IMG/VR virus record: IMGVR_UViG_3300032254_000001
Location: 64,001-128,000 of that record
Length of the DNA stretch: 64,000 nt
Source: a virus
Lineage: Duplodnaviria; Caudoviricetes
Strand: one strand, 5' to 3'
Positions within the stretch are counted from its first letter, which is position 1, and each line of letters opens with the position of its first letter. Position numbers and translations under genes: made by a program. The notes under the pieces were generated by a model. It searched no databases, had not been told where the DNA came from, and was given only the letters and a program-made list of their open reading frames with translations. Of this stretch, positions 51,346 through 60,771 are shown one piece after another.

Positions 51346-52928
51346 TAGTCTGTCGCCTTAACTATTAAAACTGGTACTTCTGATACACCAGCTTGTATTG
51401 CTGCCATTGAGCGATGCAACCCTTCTTGTGATATGCGTGGTCCTTTTGAATAGTCTAAAGTAAGAATTGGAAACTTCTCTCCACTCTGCATTTTCTCTGC
51501 ATAACTAGCAGCTAATTCTGGATCACGTTGGCTGACAATTTCGTCTGGTGTTTTACCAAAGCCTTTTGCTGCACGTTTTATATATTCTTGCGGCGACATT
51601 TTAATTAATTCAGTCGCTATCCCTTTTGCACGTTCAAAGTATTCTGGGTTCTGCATCATATTATCGTAGTACGGCATGTCTGTTGTATCCGCATGAAATG
51701 CGTCTATGCTTTCATTCAAACCCTTGGGTACACCGTTTGTTTGTAACATAGGCGGTATACCATCGTCAGTTGTTTTAAAGCCTAACTTTTCAGCTTCGAT
51801 ACGTGTTTGTGCTTCGCCTACGTCAGGAGTAACATTACTGCCTTTACGTATTAAGCCAACACCTTCTGAAGCGAATTGCTTGCCTTTTAATCTTGTATTT
51901 GTAACTTTCTGTATTAGCTGCCATGCTTCTTTATTCTTATTAGCTGCTATTAAACGGGTAAGTAAATCAACTTGTTTCTTTGGTGCTATTTCATAGAACT
52001 TCATAACTTCCATTACACCAATGTTGCCATTGTACGATGCTTCAAACACAGATAAGTTACCTGCTGCTTCATGTATGTAATCGTAATCAAAATCATCAAA
52101 CAAGCTGCTACGTGCTGCAAACAAACGCTTAATCATACCTTCAGTTGCATGTGTTGACTTGCCTGTTTCGAACTCTGCTTTTAATTCTTGTGCCAATGCC
52201 TCTGGCTTTTCCTTAGTGTGTTCTAAGCTTAAGTCGCGATCGTCATGTGCGCGTTTCTTTGCCCAAAGCTTTGCAAAATATCCATCTGTACGTAACATCT
52301 TAAATGCTAAGTTCTCTGGTCCGAATTCACCGTGCTTGTCTAGGCCTGCTTGTCTGTACTTCTTAACTAGATCCAAAACATCGTTTAAGTATTTACGGTT
52401 GTCTGATGCTAATGCACGGATAGCCAGGTTCTTTAAATTTTCGTATTTTAATAGCGTTGCTGTATCGTTAAGGTTTGCACGTTGCTTCGTTGGAATTCTA
52501 TTCCAATCGTCCTTCATAACACTATAACTACCTAGCGAATGATGTGCTTGTACTGCATCTTGTACGTACAATTCAACATCGTAGCCTTTGATTTTAATGT
52601 CGTGCATATCGTTGTATTGATACTTCTTAGAATCAAATAACTCTCTGTATATGTCGCTGTCTGGAAGTTGTGTGAAGTCCACTATTAAGTGTAAGTCGAT
52701 GTCTGAATGTGGTGTGTAGCTGTACGCTGCATTGGAACCACTTACTTCGATATCAACAAGTGCAATGTCCTGTACACCAAGGAACTCGCGGAAGTGATCG
52801 GCAATCTCCATTAGCTTATTACGGACCATCGGACGCATCTTATTGCCCATAAAGACTTGTGGGTTTAAATCAGTATTAAAGTCAATAGCTTTTGCTAATT
52901 GAAAGTTGTCTAATTCTGCTAAGTTCAT
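51345..52928 (-). CDS. Nucleotidyltransferase (pol-beta fold) fused to C-terminal ParB/Srx-like domain
   Basis: VSGSNAAYSY...SDIDLHL...ELYVQD; C-terminal YAEKMQSGEKFP..LD...QEGLHRSMAA. Confidence 0.7.
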   Translation of the reverse strand: MNLAELDNFQLAKAIDFNTDLNPQVFMGNKMRPMVRNKLMEIADHFREFLGVQDIALVDIEVSGSNAAYSYTPHSDIDLHLIVDFTQLPDSDIYRELFDSKKYQYNDMHDIKIKGYDVELYVQDAVQAHHSLGSYSVMKDDWNRIPTKQRANLNDTATLLKYENLKNLAIRALASDNRKYLNDVLDLVKKYRQAGLDKHGEFGPENLAFKMLRTDGYFAKLWAKKRAHDDRDLSLEHTKEKPEALAQELKAEFETGKSTHATEGMIKRLFAARSSLFDDFDYDYIHEAAGNLSVFEASYNGNIGVMEVMKFYEIAPKKQVDLLTRLIAANKNKEAWQLIQKVTNTRLKGKQFASEGVGLIRKGSNVTPDVGEAQTRIEAEKLGFKTTDDGIPPMLQTNGVPKGLNESIDAFHADTTDMPYYDNMMQNPEYFERAKGIATELIKMSPQEYIKRAAKGFGKTPDEIVSQRDPELAASYAEKMQSGEKFPILTLDYSKGPRISQEGLHRSMAAIQAGVSEVPVLIVKATD

Positions 52929-52946
52929 GACAGTATTTATGATGAA

Positions 52947-53534
52947 CTACGGACGCACTGGCTGAACGAGCTTGTGCGACCATACATGGCCGCCAATATC
53001 TTGCCAACGTTGTGTAAATTCCCATTCCTCTTCGCAGTATGTTCCGTTACGTACACCAGTATCAAAGTAAGTCCTCAAAAATGGGTCTTCGCCTATTTGT
53101 ACAATCTTCTCGTGATCCTGTAAATGTATCAGTGCCTCACGACTTACTAGCATAAAGCCATTGTTTATTCTACCAACCTCTTCAATATCGCCTTCGCTCG
53201 CCATAATATCGCTATGGTATCCGCCGCTGCCGATTATATGTTTCTTAGATGATAGTAGTGCTAGTATATGGAATGGTTCAAACAATACGTCTCCGTCAAT
53301 TAATAACATGTGGGTAGTGCCTGGTGAATTCATAAAGCCAGACGTTAGGATGTTACGTGCTGTTGCACCTTCATCTATTGCTGATGCTGTACTTGCTATG
53401 CCCATTTGCATTGCAAGTTCGTTCCATTTTTTAAAGCTTTGGAATGTGCCAACAGATACGCCAGCACGACATGCTATACAAACATGTACGCTTTGATCTT
53501 TAAGGTAGTCTAGTGGTGCTAAGTTTATGTTCAT
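52947..53534 (-). CDS. GT-A (family 2-like) glycosyltransferase
   Basis: TARNIL...THMLLIDGDV (DxD), NGFMLV.R, EEWEF..RW...GG. Confidence 0.65.
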   Translation of the reverse strand: MNINLAPLDYLKDQSVHVCIACRAGVSVGTFQSFKKWNELAMQMGIASTASAIDEGATARNILTSGFMNSPGTTHMLLIDGDVLFEPFHILALLSSKKHIIGSGGYHSDIMASEGDIEEVGRINNGFMLVSREALIHLQDHEKIVQIGEDPFLRTYFDTGVRNGTYCEEEWEFTQRWQDIGGHVWSHKLVQPVRP

Positions 53535-53557
53535 GTTCGTGTTCGTATTTAATACGA

Positions 53558-54229
53558 TTATGAACGTAGATTAAAATTATTCAGGAATTCTGCAAATTCG
53601 CGGACTAGGTCTTCTGTTTGTACCATACCCATTGATTTATCAAACTGCTTACGGACTTTGCTTCCTACCTCTTCGCCATAAAGGTCGGTAAGGATTCTGT
53701 TACGTGTCTTACTGTCTGCTACTGCATACATATCACGTATCTCAGTTGCGCCAGTAATCTTTTTGCCAGCTACAGGGAAAGTAACTGTTGGAGTTGCATA
53801 TGCATACATATGCCCTGATGATACAGGTTGTGCATCTTTACGCAACCATTGTATAGCTGCTCGCTCACCATTCTTTTTAAGTGCATACCCTTCTTCGTCA
53901 GTGTTAGTACTAACTAAACGATCGCCGTCCTTTTGACTTAGTGCAAGAATAAGAACAGTGTCTGCGGGATTGAATGGAATAGCATCTTTAATGAACTTAT
54001 CAACGTATACATTCTTAACTTGAACAAACTTTCCAGTAGGTACGCCCATTGCTACTGCAATACGCTTCTTCTCTTCCCACGTAAATGGATCCTTTGGCCC
54101 TGGTGCTTTATCAGCAGATGCCATGTACACACTATTACCACCAAACTTGTTAACTAACCAATCAAACGATGCCTTGTGGCCTTTATGTGGTGGCTGAAAT
54201 CTCCCTCCAAAAACTACAATTTCTTTCAT
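53558..54229 (-). CDS. HxGH cytidylyl/adenylyltransferase-family protein
   Basis: VFGGRFQPPHKGH; PFTWEEK; GATEIR. Confidence 0.8.
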   Translation of the reverse strand: MKEIVVFGGRFQPPHKGHKASFDWLVNKFGGNSVYMASADKAPGPKDPFTWEEKKRIAVAMGVPTGKFVQVKNVYVDKFIKDAIPFNPADTVLILALSQKDGDRLVSTNTDEEGYALKKNGERAAIQWLRKDAQPVSSGHMYAYATPTVTFPVAGKKITGATEIRDMYAVADSKTRNRILTDLYGEEVGSKVRKQFDKSMGMVQTEDLVREFAEFLNNFNLRS

Positions 54230-54649
54230 TTCTTAATTCTTCCTTTGACCCACCCGGCTGGCACATCATCTTTTTTAAAATACTTATACTGTCCTGTAAC
54301 AGGGTTATGGTAACCAACTGTTCCTGTAAACATCTTAGATTCTTTTCTTTTCTGAGCCTTAATAACTGGATCATCTTGCTTTTGTATATTTATCAGTCTA
54401 AGTTTTTCTTTTGTCTCTTCGGTTATTATCTGTTTAGCTCTTGTTTCTTTCATTAACGTTCTTGTTTCTTTAGAGTGTTTGTACCCTGTCATTCCTGATG
54501 TTTTGCCTCGTTTAATTATTGCTGCTTTGTGCCTCTTTCTTACTTCTGGGTTATGCATAGGATTATTTTTGGTAGCCATCGATTTTACGTATTTTAGCAC
54601 GATCAACTATTGAATTATAAACTTTAGTATATTTGTTATTATTAAACAT
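54226..54649 (-). pseudogene. Degenerate HNH homing endonuclease (N-terminus and NUMOD3 kept, HNH core absent, frames disjoint)
   Basis: 54563-54649 MFNNNKYTKVYNSIVDRAKIRKIDGY* followed in another frame by TKNNPMHNPEV...HSKETRTLM...TEETKEKL. Confidence 0.6.
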
Positions 54650-54681
54650 ACTGATATTTAGTTGGAATCGGCCGCCGTAAA

Positions 54682-55005
54682 TTACTTTTTGGGAAAGTTT
54701 AAAATATTTGAATTTTGTTTAGCTTCTGATAATACTTGCTGGAGTTCTACAGCATTTTGGAATTCAGAGACTTGGCTCCAAAATATACTGACTATAGCAT
54801 TGTACCTTGCTATTGGGTCTTTGAATTTGTTAAGTTGTTGTTCTAACTGCCATTGAAATTGCAAACAACGTTCTAATCTATCTGGACAATCAGCGCATAA
54901 GTCTGTGATGTGTTTCTCGATGGTTTCCTTACGATAGGTTTCGTAAGCTTCTGGATCTGCTTTGTACAGTTCCATTAATTCGTCAAACGATTTCTCGTCG
55001 CACAT
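54682..55005 (-). CDS. DUF3135-like protein
   Basis: SFDELMELYKADPEAYE...RLERCLQFQWQLEQ. Confidence 0.5.
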   Translation of the reverse strand: MCDEKSFDELMELYKADPEAYETYRKETIEKHITDLCADCPDRLERCLQFQWQLEQQLNKFKDPIARYNAIVSIFWSQVSEFQNAVELQQVLSEAKQNSNILNFPKK

Positions 55006-55145
55006 TTAGTCACCTTTATTTGTACTTGTCATAGTACGGATTAGCATTTTGTCTTTTCATGGCGTTTACTGACCATGTATAGATTGTCTTTGCTAAGCCA
55101 GCAATATCTGCTCGCGTAAATTCTTTGCCTTTTCATTTACTGTCC

Positions 55146-55511
55146 TTAGTATCCGATTGATACTTTGTTTATAGTTCCAGCTGTAAAGCTCGATACTGTG
55201 ACACGTAGCCATGTATAATTGCCTTCCAGGTTAACAAAGTCATTTTCAGTTAACGGGTTAATACCGTCACCTACAGTTTGGATTGGAAAATAGTTGCTGG
55301 TGTCGCTTGATTCGTCAAGCGTAGCTTCTATAGTTAGTACTCCAACAAATCCAGTTAAGTACCAAGATGTAGTTTGTACACTCTTGTCCTTGCTGTAGTA
55401 TGCTGCTGCCTTCTGTGGGATTCCACTAAAGGTTGCGGCACTGCCATCATAATTCTCAATAGCAGTGCCGAACGTAGTAGACGGTAATAAATTATACGAT
55501 GATGTTTTCAT
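55146..55511 (-). CDS. Late beta-rich protein (possibly structural)
   Basis: TAAATA-N5-ATG start; GFVGVLTIEATLD...GNYTWLRV. Confidence 0.5.
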   Translation of the reverse strand: MKTSSYNLLPSTTFGTAIENYDGSAATFSGIPQKAAAYYSKDKSVQTTSWYLTGFVGVLTIEATLDESSDTSNYFPIQTVGDGINPLTENDFVNLEGNYTWLRVTVSSFTAGTINKVSIGY

Positions 55512-55522
55512 ACCTGTATTTA

Positions 55523-57850
55523 TCAATCTTTAGGCTTGAACTGATCAAGTACAATGTAACCGTCATCGCCTACTTTACCTGGCTCTGCAGGAACGATTGG
55601 ACTTGGCAGTGATGGCATCGGATGTGACTTGCCTTCCTGGTCAAGGAACACCACTTCATCGTTTACATAATCAGCTGTGATTGTGCAATTGCTTAACGCT
55701 TCAAACAAGATACGCTTACTAAGTGGTTTCTTAAATACTTCAGAAATCTCACGTTTAATAGGTCTTGCGCCAAGTGTTGCATCGTAGCCTGTATCCGCAA
55801 TATGGTTAATTGCTGCTTCGGTTACTTCGAGTGTAATGTTCTTAGACTTTAAGCTATCCTTAAGTTCGTTAACAAACTTAACAACAATCTTCTTAACGTT
55901 AATGTCTTCAAGCTTGTTGAACTTAGCAATACCATCAAGTCTGTTACGGAACTCAGGCTTGAAGAAGTCTTTAACTGCTTTGTCTTCTTCGCCGGTACGT
56001 TCTAATGGAGTACCAAAGCCGATGTTGTTGTTTTCGTTAGCTGATGCACCTAAGTTAGATGTTAATATAACAATGCAGTTTCGTAAGCTAACTGACTTAC
56101 CTGAACGACTAGTAATCTTACCTTCGTCAAGTACCTGTAGTAATACATTCATTACATCAGGGTGAGCCTTTTCAACTTCGTCTAACAATAGTACAGAGAA
56201 TGGGTGTTTGCTAACATCCGATATTAGCTTACCGCCACCGCCTGACTCTTCAAAGCCAACATAGCCTGGTGGTGCACCAATTAATGATGCTACTGTGTGC
56301 TTCTCCATGTACTCAGACATGTCATAACGTAACAGTTCCATATCTAAGTTTTCACTAATTAACTTAGCAAGTTCAGTTTTACCTGTACCTGTTGGGCCTA
56401 AGAATAAGAAGCTAGCAACCGGCTTGTTTTCTTCTGCAAGTCCACTGAAGTTAACATAGATTTTATCAAGTACTTCGTCAACTGCTGTTTCCTGGCCGTA
56501 CAGTTTGTCATCAATGTTATGTCTAAGTGACATAAGAGTCTTGCTCTTTTCATTGCTTAAACGTTCTGGCGGAACACCTGTTACTTTGCTTAACTGTAAG
56601 ATAACTTTTTCTTCAGTTACAATTGCATTCTCGTTATCGCTTGCACGTTCTTTAGCGCATGCCGCATCAAGTATGTCAATTGATTTGTCTGGATTGTGTC
56701 TGTCGTGGATGTAACGTATGCTTAGATCAACTGCTGTTTTAATAGCTTCTTTGTTGATTAGCACTTTGTGGAATTCTGATAAACGATCTGCAACCCCTGT
56801 TAAAATCTTAACAGTAGTTTCCTGATCCGGCTCATCAACTGTTAGTTTGTAGAACCTGCGCATTAACGCTTTATCTTTTTCAAAGGACTCGTAGTACTCG
56901 TCCCAAGTTGTGTTTGCAACAACCTTAATCTTACCACGTGTAATTACTGGCTTAAGCATGTTTGCAAAGTCTAACGAAGTTCCACTGCCGGCGCCTGCGC
57001 CTTTCATAGTGTGTGCTTCATCAATAAACAGGATGCCTTTACCTGAGGATTCAAGTGCCGATATAACTTTCTTGAACTTCTCTTCAAAGTCACCGCGGTA
57101 CTTACTACCAGCTAACATGTCGCTGATGTTTAGTTCCCATACTGTGTGGTCTTCTAAGAATTTAGGTACTAGGTTATTAATGATGTTTTGTGCAAGGCCT
57201 TCAACAATTGCTGTCTTACCAACACCGGGCTCACCTATCATTAATACGTTAGACTTGAACTTTTTAGCAAGTATTTCAATTGCATCTTTGATTTCTTCGT
57301 CACGTCCAATAAGTGGTTCTAAGTCACCAGCAAGTGCCTTAGCTGTAACGTTGGTGCAATGTTCTTCAAGTAGTTCTGCAGACTGTGCGTCTGTTAAGCC
57401 ACCTTTGTTATCGCTGTAATGATCATTCCAGTATTCAGCAAATGCTTCTTTATCATCAATGCCGTACTTTAAAATGAAGTAATGTGCATGACTATTTGTT
57501 TCACTTGAAATGCTTAGGAATAAATCGATGGTAGTAACAAAGCGTCTACCGCTGAATAAAACTTGTGTAACTGCGCGGTTGAACACACGCTCTAAGCTGT
57601 TTGTACGTCTTGGTACATCGCTCGATGCAGTTTTTGTGGTTGGTCCTGGTAACAATCCGTCAATATAATCTTCAATATCTTTGATCATATCATCTGCATT
57701 GACACCATAACCCTTGAGACATAAATAGAATGGTTCATAACTTACTAAGGCGACAAGCAAGTGTTCAAGGAGTACGTATTCGTGTCCTTTCTTTTTCGCT
57801 AGTGCAATCGCATAGTCGGTTATTTGTTCAATCTCTGGATTAATTTGCAT
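55523..57850 (-). CDS. clpA: ATP-dependent Clp protease ATP-binding subunit, ClpA-like
   Basis: Clp-N (HEYVLLEHLL), GEPGVGKT, LFIDEAH, GPTGTGKT, LLLDEVEKAH, GARPIKR. Confidence 0.95.
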   Translation of the reverse strand: MQINPEIEQITDYAIALAKKKGHEYVLLEHLLVALVSYEPFYLCLKGYGVNADDMIKDIEDYIDGLLPGPTTKTASSDVPRRTNSLERVFNRAVTQVLFSGRRFVTTIDLFLSISSETNSHAHYFILKYGIDDKEAFAEYWNDHYSDNKGGLTDAQSAELLEEHCTNVTAKALAGDLEPLIGRDEEIKDAIEILAKKFKSNVLMIGEPGVGKTAIVEGLAQNIINNLVPKFLEDHTVWELNISDMLAGSKYRGDFEEKFKKVISALESSGKGILFIDEAHTMKGAGAGSGTSLDFANMLKPVITRGKIKVVANTTWDEYYESFEKDKALMRRFYKLTVDEPDQETTVKILTGVADRLSEFHKVLINKEAIKTAVDLSIRYIHDRHNPDKSIDILDAACAKERASDNENAIVTEEKVILQLSKVTGVPPERLSNEKSKTLMSLRHNIDDKLYGQETAVDEVLDKIYVNFSGLAEENKPVASFLFLGPTGTGKTELAKLISENLDMELLRYDMSEYMEKHTVASLIGAPPGYVGFEESGGGGKLISDVSKHPFSVLLLDEVEKAHPDVMNVLLQVLDEGKITSRSGKSVSLRNCIVILTSNLGASANENNNIGFGTPLERTGEEDKAVKDFFKPEFRNRLDGIAKFNKLEDINVKKIVVKFVNELKDSLKSKNITLEVTEAAINHIADTGYDATLGARPIKREISEVFKKPLSKRILFEALSNCTITADYVNDEVVFLDQEGKSHPMPSLPSPIVPAEPGKVGDDGYIVLDQFKPKD

Positions 57851-57856
57851 ATTATT

Positions 57857-58240
57857 CTATCCCTTCTTTTGTCGTTGGGCACGGTCAATGCCATTATGTA
57901 GCCGATCAATAGCTTTTTTAATCTCGCCATCCTCGTCTATTAGTGTAATTTCTTTAGTGCTACCTAAGTAATTGGTATAACTTAAGTGTATTGTACTGGG
58001 TTCTGGGTCCGTTTGCAAGTCTTTTGGCTCAGTTATGGTTGGATTGAAGTAAAAATGTGGCTTTGCTTTGGTAACCAGTATCTTTGAGTCTAGTCCAACA
58101 TCTGGGCCAGTTACTAGTGTTCTGGTTGTTAGATTTAGGGCAATTAACATTTCGATACCTTGTTTTTGGTTAGTAGCTGGTACTTCGAATGTTACATCGC
58201 TTGCGGGTTTCTTTAGTGGATTATCTTTTATACGTAGCAT
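57857..58240 (-). CDS. Degenerate peptide deformylase-like protein
   Basis: N-terminal LKKPASDV, FYFNPTI, AIDRLHNG in place of HExDHLxG; no EGCLS. Confidence 0.5.
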   Translation of the reverse strand: MLRIKDNPLKKPASDVTFEVPATNQKQGIEMLIALNLTTRTLVTGPDVGLDSKILVTKAKPHFYFNPTITEPKDLQTDPEPSTIHLSYTNYLGSTKEITLIDEDGEIKKAIDRLHNGIDRAQRQKKG

Positions 58241-58248
58241 TAAAATAT

Positions 58249-59004
58249 TTAGCCTTTATTGCTGCGAATCAAAGATAAAAGTGCCTCCGGAATGTCTTTA
58301 GGAATTTTGCCAATAAGGTTGACTAGCATGTCACCTCTTGAATTAGGGTCAATTCTTGATTGTATACCTTTGCCCTTAACGCGCATAAAGGTACCTGGTT
58401 GTGTTCTTGCTGGGACTCTAATTCGAATTATGCTACCGTCAATGGTTGCAACATCCAATTCTGTACCTGTAATTAAATCCCAGATACTAATGTCCTGCTT
58501 CCTTATTAAATTTCGTTCGTCTACGTCCCAATTTGGGTCAGGTTGTAGTTTGAAAGTAATAACAACATCGACACCTTTAGCTAGCTTTTTGTACTTAACT
58601 GATTCACCGTGTTTAACACCATATGGTATTGCTACCCGAACTGTTTCAGTAGTACCATGCACAGGAATCTGTAACACCTGGTTTCCACCAAGCATTGCAT
58701 CCTTAAAGGATATCGTTGCTGTTAGGCTTACTTGCATTTGATGGCGATATCTAGACTCACGTAGAAAGTCTTCTATATCATTTTTTGACTTAAAATTGAA
58801 ATCAAAGTCCGGTGCCTTCCACCTTTCGGGTTCAGGTTCACCGTCTTTAATCTTTTCGTACGCTGCTTGTATTTCTTTGAATTTATCATCCTTTCCATCA
58901 TTACGGTCTGGATGAAATTTCATTGCAAGTTTCTTATACGCTTTCTTGATGTCGTCTTCGGAGGCACCCCTCTTTACGCCAAGAGTAGTATATGGATCAC
59001 TCAC
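58249..59004 (-). CDS. DnaJ/CbpA-like co-chaperone
   Basis: J domain DPY..LGV...[17 protein letters not shown]...F.EI..AY; C-terminal DnaJ domain; no zinc finger; GTG start. Confidence 0.95.
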   Translation of the reverse strand: MSDPYTTLGVKRGASEDDIKKAYKKLAMKFHPDRNDGKDDKFKEIQAAYEKIKDGEPEPERWKAPDFDFNFKSKNDIEDFLRESRYRHQMQVSLTATISFKDAMLGGNQVLQIPVHGTTETVRVAIPYGVKHGESVKYKKLAKGVDVVITFKLQPDPNWDVDERNLIRKQDISIWDLITGTELDVATIDGSIIRIRVPARTQPGTFMRVKGKGIQSRIDPNSRGDMLVNLIGKIPKDIPEALLSLIRSNKG

Positions 59005-59623
59005 GACAGGCTCCCCTAGCTTCCTTATCGAAGTCACCTTCGTCGATTTGGCTTATGTACGCTTTATTAGAATTGATACTAAAGATCTTTTCGTAGTGCT
59101 CTGATACTAAGTTAATGGGAATTCCCATTAACTTACCAATTGCCTCAACGTAATCGAGTTGGTATATCATTGCAGTTTCAAAGCTTAAAAATGTATGCGG
59201 TAACGATGTTAAGTACTCTAGCGCATTGTGAAAATGTTCTGAGGTAGGTTCACCTCGTAACCTGGTTTGCTGCAATTCAAGAATGTTTTTATCTCTGCTA
59301 ATAATGCCAATTTGCACATTAAAACCTTTTGACAAAAACTTATCAACAACGGCTTTGTAATCAGGAATTAGTACTGTTCCTTTATTGAGATATGGACACG
59401 AAATACTAATGACATGATGGTCATAGCCCCATTCCATGGTATCAATTAAATCTGGATTGCCCCAAATTTCGTTATATGGTTCTTTACTATGTCCCATATA
59501 GGCATCACCATTGATTCCATCCCATCCTTTAACGTCCGGGTGTAAATCAAATATTTTAGAAAACAGGTGATTGCCACTTCCTTGCGGCCCTGATAAGATT
59601 GTTATAGTTTTAGATTTTAACAT
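58997..59623 (-). CDS. P-loop sulfotransferase/kinase-like protein
   Basis: [15 protein letters not shown]. Confidence 0.5.
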   Translation of the reverse strand: MLKSKTITILSGPQGSGNHLFSKIFDLHPDVKGWDGINGDAYMGHSKEPYNEIWGNPDLIDTMEWGYDHHVISISCPYLNKGTVLIPDYKAVVDKFLSKGFNVQIGIISRDKNILELQQTRLRGEPTSEHFHNALEYLTSLPHTFLSFETAMIYQLDYVEAIGKLMGIPINLVSEHYEKIFSINSNKAYISQIDEGDFDKEARGACRE

Positions 59624-59695
59624 TTAACTCTCTAGCAATAACCTCTTCGATTATCGATTTGAATTCATAGGTCTATAGCACAACCCATCTTTCTA

Positions 59696-60763
59696 TTACT
59701 TCACCATTTCTGGCTTATAAATTGAACGTAACCCAAGTGCTTCTTTGTTAAACTTAACAAGAGCTTTAAGTGCTGGTTCAGTAACCATACCTTTTAATAT
59801 AGATACAGTTTTGTTACCATCTGCGCCTGTTACCCATTTGTACTTGCCAATTTTCTTTTCAAGAATTGCAACTGATTCTGGGTTCTGTGTCATTTGCTTA
59901 CATGCTAAACGTAAACGATCTGTGTTGGGATTGCCTTTGTTTACCCATAGTGCTTTCTGTATACTATCGCGCCATGTGTGAACCATTGTATATGCATCAT
60001 ATAACTCACCGCTTGGATATACACCGTGTTTCGCTTTAAATACATCTTCAAAACGCTTACCTAAGTAGTTGACATCGTCTACAGACTTACCAGTTTCGAG
60101 GTCAAGTACACCGTGATGCATCCAAGTAATAACCTTGCCTTCGTCAACTAACGGCTGTATCTTTGAAATGTACTGTGGTGGGTTGGCACGAGTAGCAAGG
60201 GTTTCACCACGTGTGAATGCAAGATAACGTTCGCTGCCTTCAAGACCGTTTACCCAAGTAACCTTGTCTTTAAAGATTGCAATATATTCATCTACCGTTT
60301 TACCAGGTCCACCAATTATCAATGCTAATGCTAAACCTTCTGGAACTACGCCTGGACCACCTACGTGGCTAATGCCGTTATCTTCATTTACACCAACGTG
60401 CTTAGACATGATAATATTTAGGTTCTGATGACAAACTGAATCATAGGCTTCGTAATCGTACTTAACTTTTTCCTGGAGGTAGCTAATGCCGTTACCACCA
60501 TGTGATATTACTACGGTACCATCTTTAAAACGTTCTGATCTATGGAACCTATTAAGGGCTGCCATTTCACGTGCGCCTGGGTTATAAGAGATGCGAATCT
60601 TCTCTCCATTCATTGCTGGAGTTTTTTCAAATTCTTTAGCAACGATTTCAGCCCATACACTTGTGCCTTGACCTGGTTTCTGTGGAACCATAAATGTAAT
60701 ATTAGCGAATGCCGAAGTTGTTACTGCTAATGATGCAGCAAGTAATAAAGTTTTTAGTTTCAT
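59696..60763 (-). CDS. Tripartite tricarboxylate transporter substrate-binding protein (TctC/Bug)
   Basis: Signal peptide; ITFMVPQKPGQGTSVWA; adjacent to TctA. Confidence 0.75.
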   Translation of the reverse strand: MKLKTLLLAASLAVTTSAFANITFMVPQKPGQGTSVWAEIVAKEFEKTPAMNGEKIRISYNPGAREMAALNRFHRSERFKDGTVVISHGGNGISYLQEKVKYDYEAYDSVCHQNLNIIMSKHVGVNEDNGISHVGGPGVVPEGLALALIIGGPGKTVDEYIAIFKDKVTWVNGLEGSERYLAFTRGETLATRANPPQYISKIQPLVDEGKVITWMHHGVLDLETGKSVDDVNYLGKRFEDVFKAKHGVYPSGELYDAYTMVHTWRDSIQKALWVNKGNPNTDRLRLACKQMTQNPESVAILEKKIGKYKWVTGADGNKTVSILKGMVTEPALKALVKFNKEALGLRSIYKPEMVK

Positions 60764-60771
60764 TTTCTCTC

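Noticed and set aside
52929-52949. In-frame TAG read-through fusing GT-A to the nucleotidyltransferase
   Set aside because: The six-codon spacer contains the late promoter TAAATA-N5-ATG of the downstream gene, which explains it; in-frame by chance is plausible.
57848-57859. In-frame TAG read-through fusing the PDF-like ORF to ClpA
   Set aside because: ClpA has its own SD (AAGGGA) and a normal N-terminus; a one-in-three frame coincidence. Worth only a proteomics glance.
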